From NCBI GenBank assembly GCA_041651535.1, contig JBAZIZ010000002.1, positions 82,059 through 146,058 on the forward strand: DNA of 64,000 bases, given 5' to 3'. A program made the translations under genes and the position numbers. A model generated the notes under the pieces. The model was not told where the DNA came from. It searched no databases and worked only from the letters and a program-made list of their open reading frames with translations. The stretch is from Patescibacteria group bacterium. Lineage in GTDB: Bacteria > Patescibacteriota > Patescibacteriia > Magasanikbacterales > UBA922. This document shows, piece after piece, positions 9,570 through 20,400 of this stretch; within the stretch, counting starts at the first letter, position 1, and each line of letters starts with the position of its first letter.

Positions 9570-10187
9570 TTATGGATTGGCTATTAACAATAATGTAACT
9601 GTCTGACTATAATTTCCGTAAGTTGAAAATTCACTTATTGAAGCTCTTAAATTTAAATCTACATCTGTAGAAAGACTTGGGCTATTTAAATTATATAAAG
9701 TTTGATTAGCTAATAAAGGTAAATCTGGACCACCGTTTACTGAAAAACCTATTTCTTCTTCTCCAATACTAACATCACCACTTAAAGATCCAAAACTATC
9801 ACCACTTACCGAAGATATCTTTAGTGTACAACCATTTGTTAGATCAGTAGAAATATTTACAGTTGTACTGGCTGATGAAATTGATGATGTACTTAGAGTT
9901 GCTAAATTTAAATCATCTAATCCAGTAATCGTTAAAGACAAAAGTGGACCATTTTCTAAATCCATAGCTTGAAAACCAGCTTTAATTTCATAAATACCAG
10001 AAGAAGCTGAGATTCCAGTTGCTAATTCACCAATTGTATCTGTAAGAACATAATCTCCAACTGAGCTATGGGCACCCCCAACATTTATACTATCAGCAAA
10101 AATCGTAAAATTAGTTGAAGTCATGGATCCAAAAGCAGACAAAGGGAAAAAAGTAATTAAAAGAAAAAATAAATATTTTTTAAACAT
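9570..10187 (-). CDS. Hypothetical secreted protein (Ser/Thr-rich), first gene of the surface-protein operon
   Basis: Signal peptide MFKKYLFFLLITFFPLSAFGS; same 'MFKK' N-terminus style as the 1061-aa protein. Confidence 0.5.
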   Translation of the reverse strand: MFKKYLFFLLITFFPLSAFGSMTSTNFTIFADSINVGGAHSSVGDYVLTDTIGELATGISASSGIYEIKAGFQAMDLENGPLLSLTITGLDDLNLATLSTSSISSASTTVNISTDLTNGCTLKISSVSGDSFGSLSGDVSIGEEEIGFSVNGGPDLPLLANQTLYNLNSPSLSTDVDLNLRASISEFSTYGNYSQTVTLLLIANP

Positions 10188-10272
10188 TTGTTCAAATTAA
10201 AATAGATAAATTTTACAAATAAATTATATCATAAATTATATCTGAAGTCCAAATATTTTTGCTATTTTAATA

Positions 10273-10317
10273 AAAACAAAAAGACTCCGTTTAGAAGCGG
10301 AATCTCTTTGTTTTTTT
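10273..10317. terminator. Bidirectional hairpin terminator (GACTCCG-tttagaag-CGGAATC flanked by A-run/T-run)
   Basis: 7-bp stem (one mismatch) with T7 on plus strand and T5 on minus strand; it lies downstream of the minus-strand VanW gene after an unusually long 3' region. Confidence 0.45.
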
Positions 10318-10340
10318 GAACTTATTTGAAGTTTTTTTTA

Positions 10341-10450
10341 CCTGTGTCCAAGAAGATGTATTCTAGGTCAAAAGCGAGCCGTAGCCTGCTACAAGCCTAC
10401 AACACATCTCCATGCTTGTCGTGGACTCAGGATATTATTTTTTATTTATA
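10341..10450 (+). ncRNA. Candidate small structured RNA (GC-rich island closed by 10-bp stem CCTGTGTCCA/TGGACTCAGG and followed by a U-tract)
   Basis: Local GC rise in an AT-rich 410-bp intergenic region; long-range complementarity enclosing ~75 nt; 'ATATTATTTTTTATTT' follows the closing stem on the plus strand. Confidence 0.2.
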
Positions 10451-10601
10451 AAACTCAATATTCTAAGCACGACTTTTGAAAAATTTTAAAATAATACAAT
10501 CAATTAATTGACCACTCATAATAACAAAAATATTGGCTTTTGTCAATAGTAGTGCTGTGTATAAAATAAAAATTGGCTTATTTTAGCCAATTTTTTTTGT
10601 T

Positions 10602-12593
10602 TTAATTCTTAATTTCACCTTCTAAACTTGAATTTATTTCTTCACTATTTGAATTATTTTCTTCATTTTGGACTTGATCTGTATTTGTAATTTCTTCAGT
10701 ATTTTTTTCCTCTACTCCCAGTAAACACATTTTAGCTAGTGGACGGTAATAACTTTCATAAAGTGTCTCTTTTTTTTCTTTATTTGGCAAAATTCTTGTA
10801 TAAACAAAAGAAGCTTTTGCCCCAATATATTCGTGTTGGCACTCCATTACTCCTGGTTTTAAATCAGTAGTTTCAATTATTTTTTCTTCACCCGGTTGAA
10901 ACCATTCAGAAACAACTGGTGCACTATAATACCCCTGACGTCCATCATTTGTTCCCCAAAAAGTAAAAGACAGTTCATTTATTCCTAAATCTATGTTAGC
11001 TGTAATTAAAATATGTTTTCCAGTATCATTTAAAAATCTAAAATCTGGATGGGGCTCATAAATAGTGGCATCAGTTCCTGGCAAACCATTTCTAGCGTCA
11101 TTATAGTAAGAAACTACTAGAGAATGGTTTCTTCTTTCAGTAATTTCCAAACCAGAATTCATAGCTGTTCTAAACATTGTGGAACCAACCTGACATAGAC
11201 CACCACCAATTTCTGGCACTACTCTATCGCCTTTTATAACTAATTCTGGATAATAACCAGCTTCAGAAGTAAAAGGACTTAAAGCATTTACTAGAGAAAA
11301 TTCTTCTCCCGGTTCAATAATTAAACCATTTAGTTTATTATAAGCAGCATTTTTTATATTTTTTATTCTTAAATCGCTACTGCCTTTAAAATTTGAATAG
11401 CCGATTCCTAAAATTTCAGAAATTCCCAAATCATTTACTTCAGCAGTTTTAATTTTTGGCTCTATAGTATTTATAACAACATTAACTATTTTTAGAATAC
11501 CATTATCATTATAATAATTTCGAGAAATAAAAGCATTTTTTATAGCTTCAATTGTTTCGTCCAATTCTATCTTTATTCCTGGACGAGAACCTTGAAATTT
11601 ATTAACTTTATTTCCTTCGCCAAGTTCAAATTTTGCGTCCTGCGCTTCTACATTTACAATTGGGGCAATATCAGATTCTAAAAAATTTAAAAGTTTTTCT
11701 TCATCCAAAGAATAAATTACTTTTTCTTCAGTATTTTTTTCTAACAAAATCATTTCTTGTAATTCTTCTTGACTTAAATACCAATTATATTCTTTTTTAG
11801 TATGTGGATCATTATATAAAATATCTATTCGTCCATAAGAAAAAATCCTAGTTAGATCACTAATAACTGTTAAGATATCATTTTCTGAAATATTGGCTTT
11901 TCTTTCAAAAGTTTCTATTTTAATTTCTGGACTTTTTAAGATTGTCCAATCACTCAAAATTTTTCCTGCAACTTTTTCATAATTAAAAGTGACCCCAGCC
12001 GTAGAACTGCTAATTTGGTAATCAAGAGGATTAGTTGATTTTATCAAAATTTTTGCATCAATTGGCTCACTGATATAAGGTTTAACCAATTCTTCAATTT
12101 TTAAAAACATTTTTTGTTTTTGTAAATTAACAGTTTGTAGAGATAAATGAGGACAAGAAAATCTAGTAAAAACAGTGGACACAATATTAGATAAAAAATT
12201 ATCAGTTTTTCTAAATGATAAAAAATAATCACTTTCTTTTCTGATATCAATATCAATCAAATTTTCCACAATATCTTCCGTAGCCGCATTTGGATATAGA
12301 ATTATTTTCTCTTCTTTTCCATTTATATCAAAATAAAATTCAATTCCATGATCTGACAATTTTGTTTCCATTTTTTGTAAAAAATCAGTCAATTCTATCC
12401 GATTTAAACCACCAATATTTATTTCTCCAACATAAACTCCTGGTAAAACTTTATCTTTATAAGAATAAGAATAAAAAAACAATAAAGCAAATAGTATAAC
12501 AATCAAACCCAAACTAAACAAAAAAATAAAAAAAACTCTTTTCCAAGAAAATCTTATAATTTTTATATCTTTTAAATTCAAAAAATTAAACAT
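10602..12593 (-). CDS. VanW-domain protein (membrane-anchored)
   Basis: N-terminal TM; conserved VanW core 'PGEEFSLVNAL...GYYPELVIKGDRVVPEIGGGLCQVGSTMFRTAMNSGLEITERRNHS' (GGGxCQVSTTLF / ERxNHS signature). Confidence 0.75.
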   Translation of the reverse strand: MFNFLNLKDIKIIRFSWKRVFFIFLFSLGLIVILFALLFFYSYSYKDKVLPGVYVGEINIGGLNRIELTDFLQKMETKLSDHGIEFYFDINGKEEKIILYPNAATEDIVENLIDIDIRKESDYFLSFRKTDNFLSNIVSTVFTRFSCPHLSLQTVNLQKQKMFLKIEELVKPYISEPIDAKILIKSTNPLDYQISSSTAGVTFNYEKVAGKILSDWTILKSPEIKIETFERKANISENDILTVISDLTRIFSYGRIDILYNDPHTKKEYNWYLSQEELQEMILLEKNTEEKVIYSLDEEKLLNFLESDIAPIVNVEAQDAKFELGEGNKVNKFQGSRPGIKIELDETIEAIKNAFISRNYYNDNGILKIVNVVINTIEPKIKTAEVNDLGISEILGIGYSNFKGSSDLRIKNIKNAAYNKLNGLIIEPGEEFSLVNALSPFTSEAGYYPELVIKGDRVVPEIGGGLCQVGSTMFRTAMNSGLEITERRNHSLVVSYYNDARNGLPGTDATIYEPHPDFRFLNDTGKHILITANIDLGINELSFTFWGTNDGRQGYYSAPVVSEWFQPGEEKIIETTDLKPGVMECQHEYIGAKASFVYTRILPNKEKKETLYESYYRPLAKMCLLGVEEKNTEEITNTDQVQNEENNSNSEEINSSLEGEIKN

Positions 12594-12595
12594 AA

Positions 12596-13048
12596 TTATT
12601 CATCAATAACTTCTATTTTGATTTTTGTTTCAGTTTTTTTTATTGGAATACTTATTTGTAAAATTCCATTTTGATATTTAGCTTTTGCTAAATCACCTTT
12701 TACTTCTAAAGGTAGAACTATTGTCCTAGAAAACATCCCCCAAAAACATTCGCTATAAAAAAATTCTATATTTTTTTCTAAAGCCAAAGGATTACGACGA
12801 AAACCACGAACAGTCAATAAATCATTATGAATAAAAACTTCAATTTTTTCTGCTTCAGCTCCAGACATAGTTGAAATAATATATAAATTTTTGTCATCTT
12901 TTGCAACATCCACAGCCAATTTACCTTCATCATGGTTTGTTTTTAGATCACTAACTGGATAATTTATTTTTTGAGCCATGCTTTCGGTATCAGTTTGATT
13001 ACCTTTTTCCAAAATCATAGCAAAAATATCATTGTCATTATTATTCAT
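12596..13048 (-). CDS. Hsp20/alpha-crystallin family small heat-shock protein
   Basis: 150 aa; 'DLLTVRGFRR...KYQNGILQISIPIKK' alpha-crystallin domain pattern; 3-nt gap from VanW gene. Confidence 0.75.
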   Translation of the reverse strand: MNNNDNDIFAMILEKGNQTDTESMAQKINYPVSDLKTNHDEGKLAVDVAKDDKNLYIISTMSGAEAEKIEVFIHNDLLTVRGFRRNPLALEKNIEFFYSECFWGMFSRTIVLPLEVKGDLAKAKYQNGILQISIPIKKTETKIKIEVIDE

Positions 13049-13163
13049 ATAATAAAATTTATATTTTTATTATAACACAAAATATAGCGAAATGTCGAAA
13101 AATAAAAGCCGAAAGTCTAATCTAGAATCTTAATTCTAAAATTTTTATTCTTTTACTAAAAAA

Positions 13164-14093
13164 TTAATTTATCATTTCTTGACAAGATTCTAATTTTTTA
13201 AGTTTAATTTCTATTTTTGCATTTTTTAACATTTCTTGAGCCAAACTATTTGCACTCGGTTTTCTAATCAAAATTTGACTAGCTCTAATTTCTGAATCAG
13301 ATTCTGGATATTCCTCCCCTTTTTTGAAATCAGTCAATTTTACAAAATGATAACCAAACAAACTTTTTATTGCTTCGGGATAAATTTCATTTTTATGTAA
13401 AGAATATAAAACTTTTTCAACTTCAGGCACCATTGTATCTTTTGTAAACCAACCTAAATCTCCGCCTGATTCTGCTTTATCATCTTGACTATATTCTTTT
13501 GCTAAAACAGCAAAATCTTCATTGCTTTTTATTTTTTCAGTAATCAAATTTATTTTTTCAGTAATAATTTTATTTTGTTCTTCATCTTTTGCTAAATTAT
13601 TTTCAACTGCAAGTATCAATAAAGATTCATCAATTACAAAATAACGATAATCAGTTAAACTCAAATTATATTTTTCTCTAATTTGTTTTTTTGCTTCAGT
13701 TTTACTTTCAAACTGACGCAAAAATAAATTATAAGCATTTTCTTTTTCTGCTTTACTGATTTTTATTTCATAAAAATCAGCTTTTTCTTTTAATAATTCG
13801 CGATAAAGCAATTGTTCAAAAACTCGTTCATCTAAATTTTTATCTTGTTTAAAAAAAATCAAATCTTTCAAAAAAATATTTGCATTGGCTAAACGACTGG
13901 CAATTACATAATCTTTGTAATTTACATTTTCTCCATTGACGACTAATACAGATGAAGGAATTATTTTAGACACAAAAAAAGACAAAGAATCTGTTGAAGC
14001 AAAAAAACGCATTCTAATCCAAATGACACTAAAAAATAAAATGACAAGCAAAATTAGAGCAATGGAAATTTGTTTCCAGATTCTTTTATTCAT
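13164..14093 (-). CDS. PpiC/parvulin-type peptidyl-prolyl cis-trans isomerase (PrsA/SurA-like extracytoplasmic foldase), N-terminal membrane anchor
   Basis: 'SGGDLGWFTKDTMVPEVEKVLYSLHKNEIYPEAIKSLFGYHFVKL' matches the parvulin signature; N-terminal TM ISIALILLVILFFSVIWI. Confidence 0.75.
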   Translation of the reverse strand: MNKRIWKQISIALILLVILFFSVIWIRMRFFASTDSLSFFVSKIIPSSVLVVNGENVNYKDYVIASRLANANIFLKDLIFFKQDKNLDERVFEQLLYRELLKEKADFYEIKISKAEKENAYNLFLRQFESKTEAKKQIREKYNLSLTDYRYFVIDESLLILAVENNLAKDEEQNKIITEKINLITEKIKSNEDFAVLAKEYSQDDKAESGGDLGWFTKDTMVPEVEKVLYSLHKNEIYPEAIKSLFGYHFVKLTDFKKGEEYPESDSEIRASQILIRKPSANSLAQEMLKNAKIEIKLKKLESCQEMIN

Positions 14094-14096
14094 AAC

Positions 14097-14471
14097 TTAA
14101 TTGTTTGCTTTTTGTGATTCAGCAATAAGTAAAAGTAATAATTTTTTTACTTCAACTTGTGCTTGAGCTTCGGTAGAACTTTTTGTAAACAAATTCCATT
14201 GTTTCAAAATTTCTTCATTATTTAAAGAACGAACTCTATTTTCTAAATCCAATCTAGTTTCAAAATCAACTTCTTTATCAGTTTGTAAAACTTTTTCAAT
14301 AAAGACTTTCATGAAATCTAAATTTTGATTAGCAATACGAGCTCCGTTCAAAAGACTACTGTCGACTTCAGATTGTCTTTTTGCTTTAGCATAAGCTATA
14401 CCAAATAACACATTTCCCCCTAAAAGGACTACCGCTAAAAGCGAATAGATTATTTTGCCTGTTTTAGACAT
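14097..14471 (-). CDS. Small membrane-anchored hypothetical protein
   Basis: 124 aa; N-terminal TM (IIYSLLAVVLLGGNVLFGIAYA); sits 9 nt downstream of the giant gene. Confidence 0.5.
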   Translation of the reverse strand: MSKTGKIIYSLLAVVLLGGNVLFGIAYAKAKRQSEVDSSLLNGARIANQNLDFMKVFIEKVLQTDKEVDFETRLDLENRVRSLNNEEILKQWNLFTKSSTEAQAQVEVKKLLLLLIAESQKANN

Positions 14472-14479
14472 ATTAAAAA

Positions 14480-17400
14480 TTATGTTTTAATTTTTTTATT
14501 TTTATGGTTGTAATAATACAATAAAAACAATGAAAAAGCAATCGGCAATACAGTCTTCCAATCTAAATATTTTTTCCAAGTTGCAGCTGGATAAAGTTGA
14601 ATATTTTCAAAAATTGCATCATTAATATCTACTGTAAAATACTCGCCTCGATAATTTTTGTAACCTTTAGCCTTGGCTTCTAAATAATACTCACCTGGAG
14701 TAACTAAGAAAGAATAATCGCCAGTAACTCCGACTGTTTGTGGATTTATTTGTTGATATTTTGTAGCATTCCATAATTCAAATTCTCCGCTAGTTTCATT
14801 TTTTCGATAAAGAGAAACGACAGACCCTTTGACACGCATTTCTTTTTCACCAACTTTTTCATAAACATAACCTTCTGGATCAACAACTGTTAAAAGTCTA
14901 ATTTGTTTTCGTCCAAGTTCAGAATCAATATAATCAAAAACTGTAATAATTTCATATTCACCATCTTTTACTGGGATATCCACAAAAGCTGTATAAATTC
15001 CGTCACTATCAGGATCAGTATATTCAAATTCTTTTAAAACTAATCTTTCTTCAACTGGAATTTCTTTTTCAGCTGTTTCAGCAAAGACAGCTTCTCCAGC
15101 AAAAATATCTGATAAAATTTTATTTAGATTTGAACCAGCAGTTACAGCACTTTTAGCTTGGACAATTCCACTATTTTTATAAACAACATAACCTTTGACT
15201 GAATTTACTTTTGCTTGTGGTTTAACTATGAGTTCAACTGTCGTTCCAGAAATAGTATTAATTTTTTGAATTGGACGTCCGTTTTCATTTATAGCAACTT
15301 TTGTATTTAAATCTAAATCAGCCAAAGCATTTTTTACAAACATTATTTCTGTTGGAATTTGTTTCTTTTCTTCTTCGGATAATTTTGCTAAAGGCAATGA
15401 ATAAGAGAAAAATTCTCCTGTATCTAATTTTGAAGGATCTAAATCAATATTAAATGATGAACTTGAGTTTTCTAAATTTGTAATTTTAATATCTCCGTAT
15501 TTTACAGAACCAGTTGAAGAAATGACTGGGATATTAATTTCAGCAACTCTATTTAAAATAGTAGATGATAAACTAGGTAAAACAAAATTTATATTTTTCA
15601 TTTTGATCATATCAGTCATACGAGCTACACCAGTTTCAGTTAAAGTTGTAGAAAATTCAGGGAATTTTTCTGCTAACAAACGAACTTCGTTTGGTAATGG
15701 AGCTAAAATGAATTTTTTTACTGGAAATAAATTCCATCTTATTTCAAACGCAATTGGAGTAATCTGTGGTACAGCATCAACTAAAGGAATATTTACTGTT
15801 TCAGTTTCTGGCTCTTTTAACCAATCAGAAATTTTATCAACAATATCTTTTATTAATGGCAAATCTGTTATTTCTCCTAAAATTTCAACTCCTAATTCTT
15901 TTGCTTTTAACCATAGATCAGTTTCTTCTGTATTTTTTTCTTCTTCGATAAAATCTTCTTCATTTTCTTTTTCTTCATCATTAATTATATTTTCATTATC
16001 AACATTTACAATCAAAGAATTTTCTTTACCCAAATTTTGAGCTTGATCTTTTGCTTTTACTATTAAAGAATATTTTCCAAATGGTAAATAATTTAAATCT
16101 AAATTCCACTTTCCTTCATTGTCCGCAGAAATTTGTTTTTCACCAGCACCATCAATTTTTACAAAAATCAAACTATTAGCTTCAGTCAAACCAGAAATTT
16201 TAATTTTTTCATGAATACTGTAGCTACTTTTGTAATCAGTAAACGAGATGCTAGGTGGAGTGGTGTCTAAAATAATAGAATTAAAATATGTTTCTGAAGA
16301 TAAACCGCCAACTCTACCAAAAAATCTGACATAAACTTTTTTTAAACCATCACCACCACTTAAAATCCAATCTTTTACTTCAGCAAAACTTTCTTGTGGA
16401 ATTTGATCAAAAGAAATATCATTAGCTATTGCCATATCACTAACATCATTTCCAGCGCTTAAATTTAATTGAACATTTTTATTATTTGTGTATAAAGCTC
16501 CATTATTTATTTTTATACCTAAATTATCTGTACTTGGTCTAACATAGTTAAAAGAAGAACTTCCATCACCACCAAAACTAGGACAAGACTCGGTAGAAAA
16601 ACTATTATTTGCTGACCAACCAGATTCAACATTTTCAAAATTACGAGTTTTAATACGGAAAGAATAATTTACTCCACAAGATAAATTGGATATATTCCAA
16701 ACTGTTGTTGTTGTCCAACCAGAATTAGTTGTAGTTGAATTTATTTCTTCAATATAATATTCAGTACCACTAGGATTATCTCCAGCTGACCAATTTAAAG
16801 TCATTGAATTTTGTGTTGTCGAAGTAGCAGTTATCAAATCTGGAATTTCAGCTAAAGTATAAACAGCAGTGGAAGTTGCAGAAGCTTCTGATCTACCTCT
16901 ACTAGAATTAGCAGCATAAACTTTTACAGAATAAATTGTATTTGGTAATAAATCTTCAACTATAAAACTAGTATTAGTTACATTTATATTTTCAATATCT
17001 TCATGTTCTCCTTCAACAAATTCTAAAACAAATTCTTCAGCAAAATTACTATTATTTATCCAATTAAAGGTAATTGAATTATCTAAAATTGCTGATGGAG
17101 TATTTATAGTTGGAGCTAAAAGTCCTGTATAAATTACAGCGCTTGCTAAATTTTCTGATTCACCAATTTTATTAACACCACGAATACGATATTCATAAGC
17201 AGAATTTACACTGACTACTGTATCACTTAATGAAGAATTAGCATTAGTTGTTGTTGCTAAAACAGACCAAGAATTAAATCCAGAACCATAATTAACTCTT
17301 TTTTCAATCACAAAAGATTTACTATAAATATCTGTTGATAACCATGATAAATCAATCTGTGAATCACTTATATATTCAGCTGAAAAACTATTTGGAATTG

Positions 17401-20400
17401 ACGGCATTACACACAAACCAGTTTCCAAAGTAGATGTTACTGTCCAATCAGTTTCGACATTATCATGATTGCGAGCTTTAATAATATAATCATATGAAGT
17501 TTCACAATCCAAATTATTATCTGTCCAAGAATTATTTGTTATCCACTCACTTTCATCTCCAGTTGTAATATTTTTTACTTTATATTCTGTACTAGAAGGA
17601 TTAGAATTTTGATTCCAATTTAAAGTCAAAGTTTCATCAGTATTTGTAGAAACTTGTATATCAGTTGGTAAAGCAGCAAAAGTATACAAAAGAGTTGAAG
17701 TGTTTGAAGCAGGACTATATCCTCTATCTGATCTCCAAGTATATAAAACAATTTGATAACCAGTATTTGGAGTAAGATCATTAACTGTAAAACTATCACT
17801 AGAAGAATTGATATTTATATAATCTAGATGATTTGAACTAGTAAAATGTAATCTAAATTCAGTTGAAAATAATGCTGAAGAAGTCCAATCCCAAACCATT
17901 GAATTGGCTGACAAAACAGTACTGGTTGTTATTACTGGAGCAGGTAAAGAAGTATAAACTACATTAGAATAAACATAATCACTATTTCCATAAATATTTC
18001 CAGAGTAAACTCTATATTCATAACGTTTATTTCCTGCAGTATTGATATCAGAAAGAATTACAGCATTAGGTGATGTAGTTGCCAAAGTTGTCCAAGAACC
18101 AAAACCACTACCAGTCGTATCTGATCTTTTTTCGACAACATAGTAATCTTCAGCTGAAGAATTATCTGTCCAACTAATGTTAATTTGATTATCAGAAATA
18201 TAACTAGCCAAAACATTTAAAGGCAAATTTGGAGCCGCAATAATTTCTATTGAATCATAACCTGATGCTCCAGAATTTTGGGCAGTAAGAATGACATTAT
18301 TTAAATCATATAAATTATTTATCGATAAATTACCATACCAAATTCCATCATCAGTAAAATCAGATTGGGCAATACTATTTACACTTAAAGAACCGACACT
18401 AGCGGTCAAAGAAGTATTTCCACTTACTTGTTTAGTTATATTATTATAAATATCTCGAGCATAAATAATTGTCTCAAAAGCTAAATCAATTGAAGAAGTG
18501 GCTGGAATAGCGACTAAGAAATTATTTAAAGTTCCCGCAACAGCTGTAAGATTTAAATTATAAGAAGGGTGCGTATAAGAAGTATGAAGTCCATCAGTTG
18601 CTCGTAATAAAACAGTCTCTGCACGATATGGTGTAAAATTACACTGTCCAACTCCATCAACAAAATTTATAGTAGTAATAAGTCCAATATTAACTGGATT
18701 GCCACTTTTGTTTGTACAAGTTGCCTGTACACCAGTCAAAGAATTCGATGGGCCAGTTAAAATAATACTTTTGTCTCCATCATAATCAGTTATTATATTA
18801 TTTTCACCATCACGAATTGTCAAAGTTATAGTTTGAGATTCACCAACATTTTGTGTGTTTGATCCCGTCACAACTAAATGAGTTTCACTAGTTTGAGTTT
18901 GGTCAAAATCTGATAATAATTCAACATTACTAGCAGTTGCTGGAACATGAGATTTTATTCTAAATAAATAAGTTAATGTAGTTGAAGGAATAGTAAAATT
19001 ATAACTTTCTACATTAGCACCGACAGTATTTGTGCCTGGTGTAACTTCGGTAAAATGTTCAGCTGAATCATCAGAATACTCTATTCTAAAACCATCTTCA
19101 TAACTTGAGTTATCATCCCAATAAATATAGATAATATTTTCTTCAGTTTTTATAGCATTAACTCCACTTGGAGCTGCTGGTTTTGTATATTCATAATTTG
19201 AATAAGCAACTGCAGATACAGTACTTCCAGAAGAAGCTGGCGGTTTTACAGTAAAAGCATAACGATAACGATTATTTACATCTATATTTAAATTATCTGT
19301 ATAATTTATAGTTCCAGTAACAGTTTGACTTGGGATAAGTAAAATTGGAGTTGTTGTTATTGCACTAAAACTATTTGTGCTACAAGCTGCTCCATCACAA
19401 CGTTTTAAATCAAAATAATTTGTTACTAAAGCATTATCAACGAAGGTAATATCAAATCTATTATCTGAATATCTAACAGGACTGATAAAAGTTGGAGCTG
19501 TTGGAGTTGTATAAATACCACCTAAAGAATTTATTGGATCTTCAGCATAATCTGAATTAGCAAAACTTCCAATCGTACGTACTCGATATTTATATCTTCT
19601 ATTTGCAACTGTGCTGTAATCAGTATAACTATGAATATTTGTATTAACTTGAGCAACAAAAATCCATGAACCAAAACCAGAACCTTCGTCAACTTGACGT
19701 TCTATCGCATAACCACTTTCAATTGTAGAATTATCTGACCAACTTAAAGTAATTGATTCATTAGAATTACGAACTGAACTAACAGAAGTTGGGGCGTTTG
19801 GAACTCCTAAAACAGTGATATAAGCATTACCATAAATCGTTGTCGAAGAATAACTGTCAAATCCTCTAAATTCTACATTGACTGCTGGTCTTTCTATAAT
19901 ACTTGAAATAACTAAACTAATTGTAGCGATACCATTTTCAAACGAACTATCAAGAATTTGAAGTGGTGAAACAGAACCAGTAGAAACACTAACAGTAGTG
20001 GTGTTAAAAATTAAAGTTGTTGTATTATTCCAAAAATCTTGGGCAATAAGTCTAACAGTTGAAGGAACTGTTGATACTGCTTGTGTTGGTGCAGACACAC
20101 TAAATTTTCTAGCTACATTTGGTTCAACTTTTAAATCCAAATCATAGGCAGGACTTGAAGTTGAAGAAAATGAATCATCATAAACATCAATAGTTGTAGT
20201 AACAGCATTATATAAAGTTGTACTACAAGTAGCAGCGCCATTTATAAATGAAACTGTAGTATTTTCACCAAACATAATATTATTACCATCTTTATCACTA
20301 CAATATAAAGTTGGTTGTGTTCCATCACTAATAAATTTTAAAATTCTGTTACCCGTAAAATATGAAGCATTATTGCCGTTTACATCTCTTAAAGCAATTT

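Noticed and set aside
10341-10450. SRP (4.5S) RNA or tmRNA in the long intergenic region
   Set aside because: No 'GGAAGCAGCC'-type domain IV motif and no tRNA-like acceptor/T-arm ends; left as an unclassified candidate.
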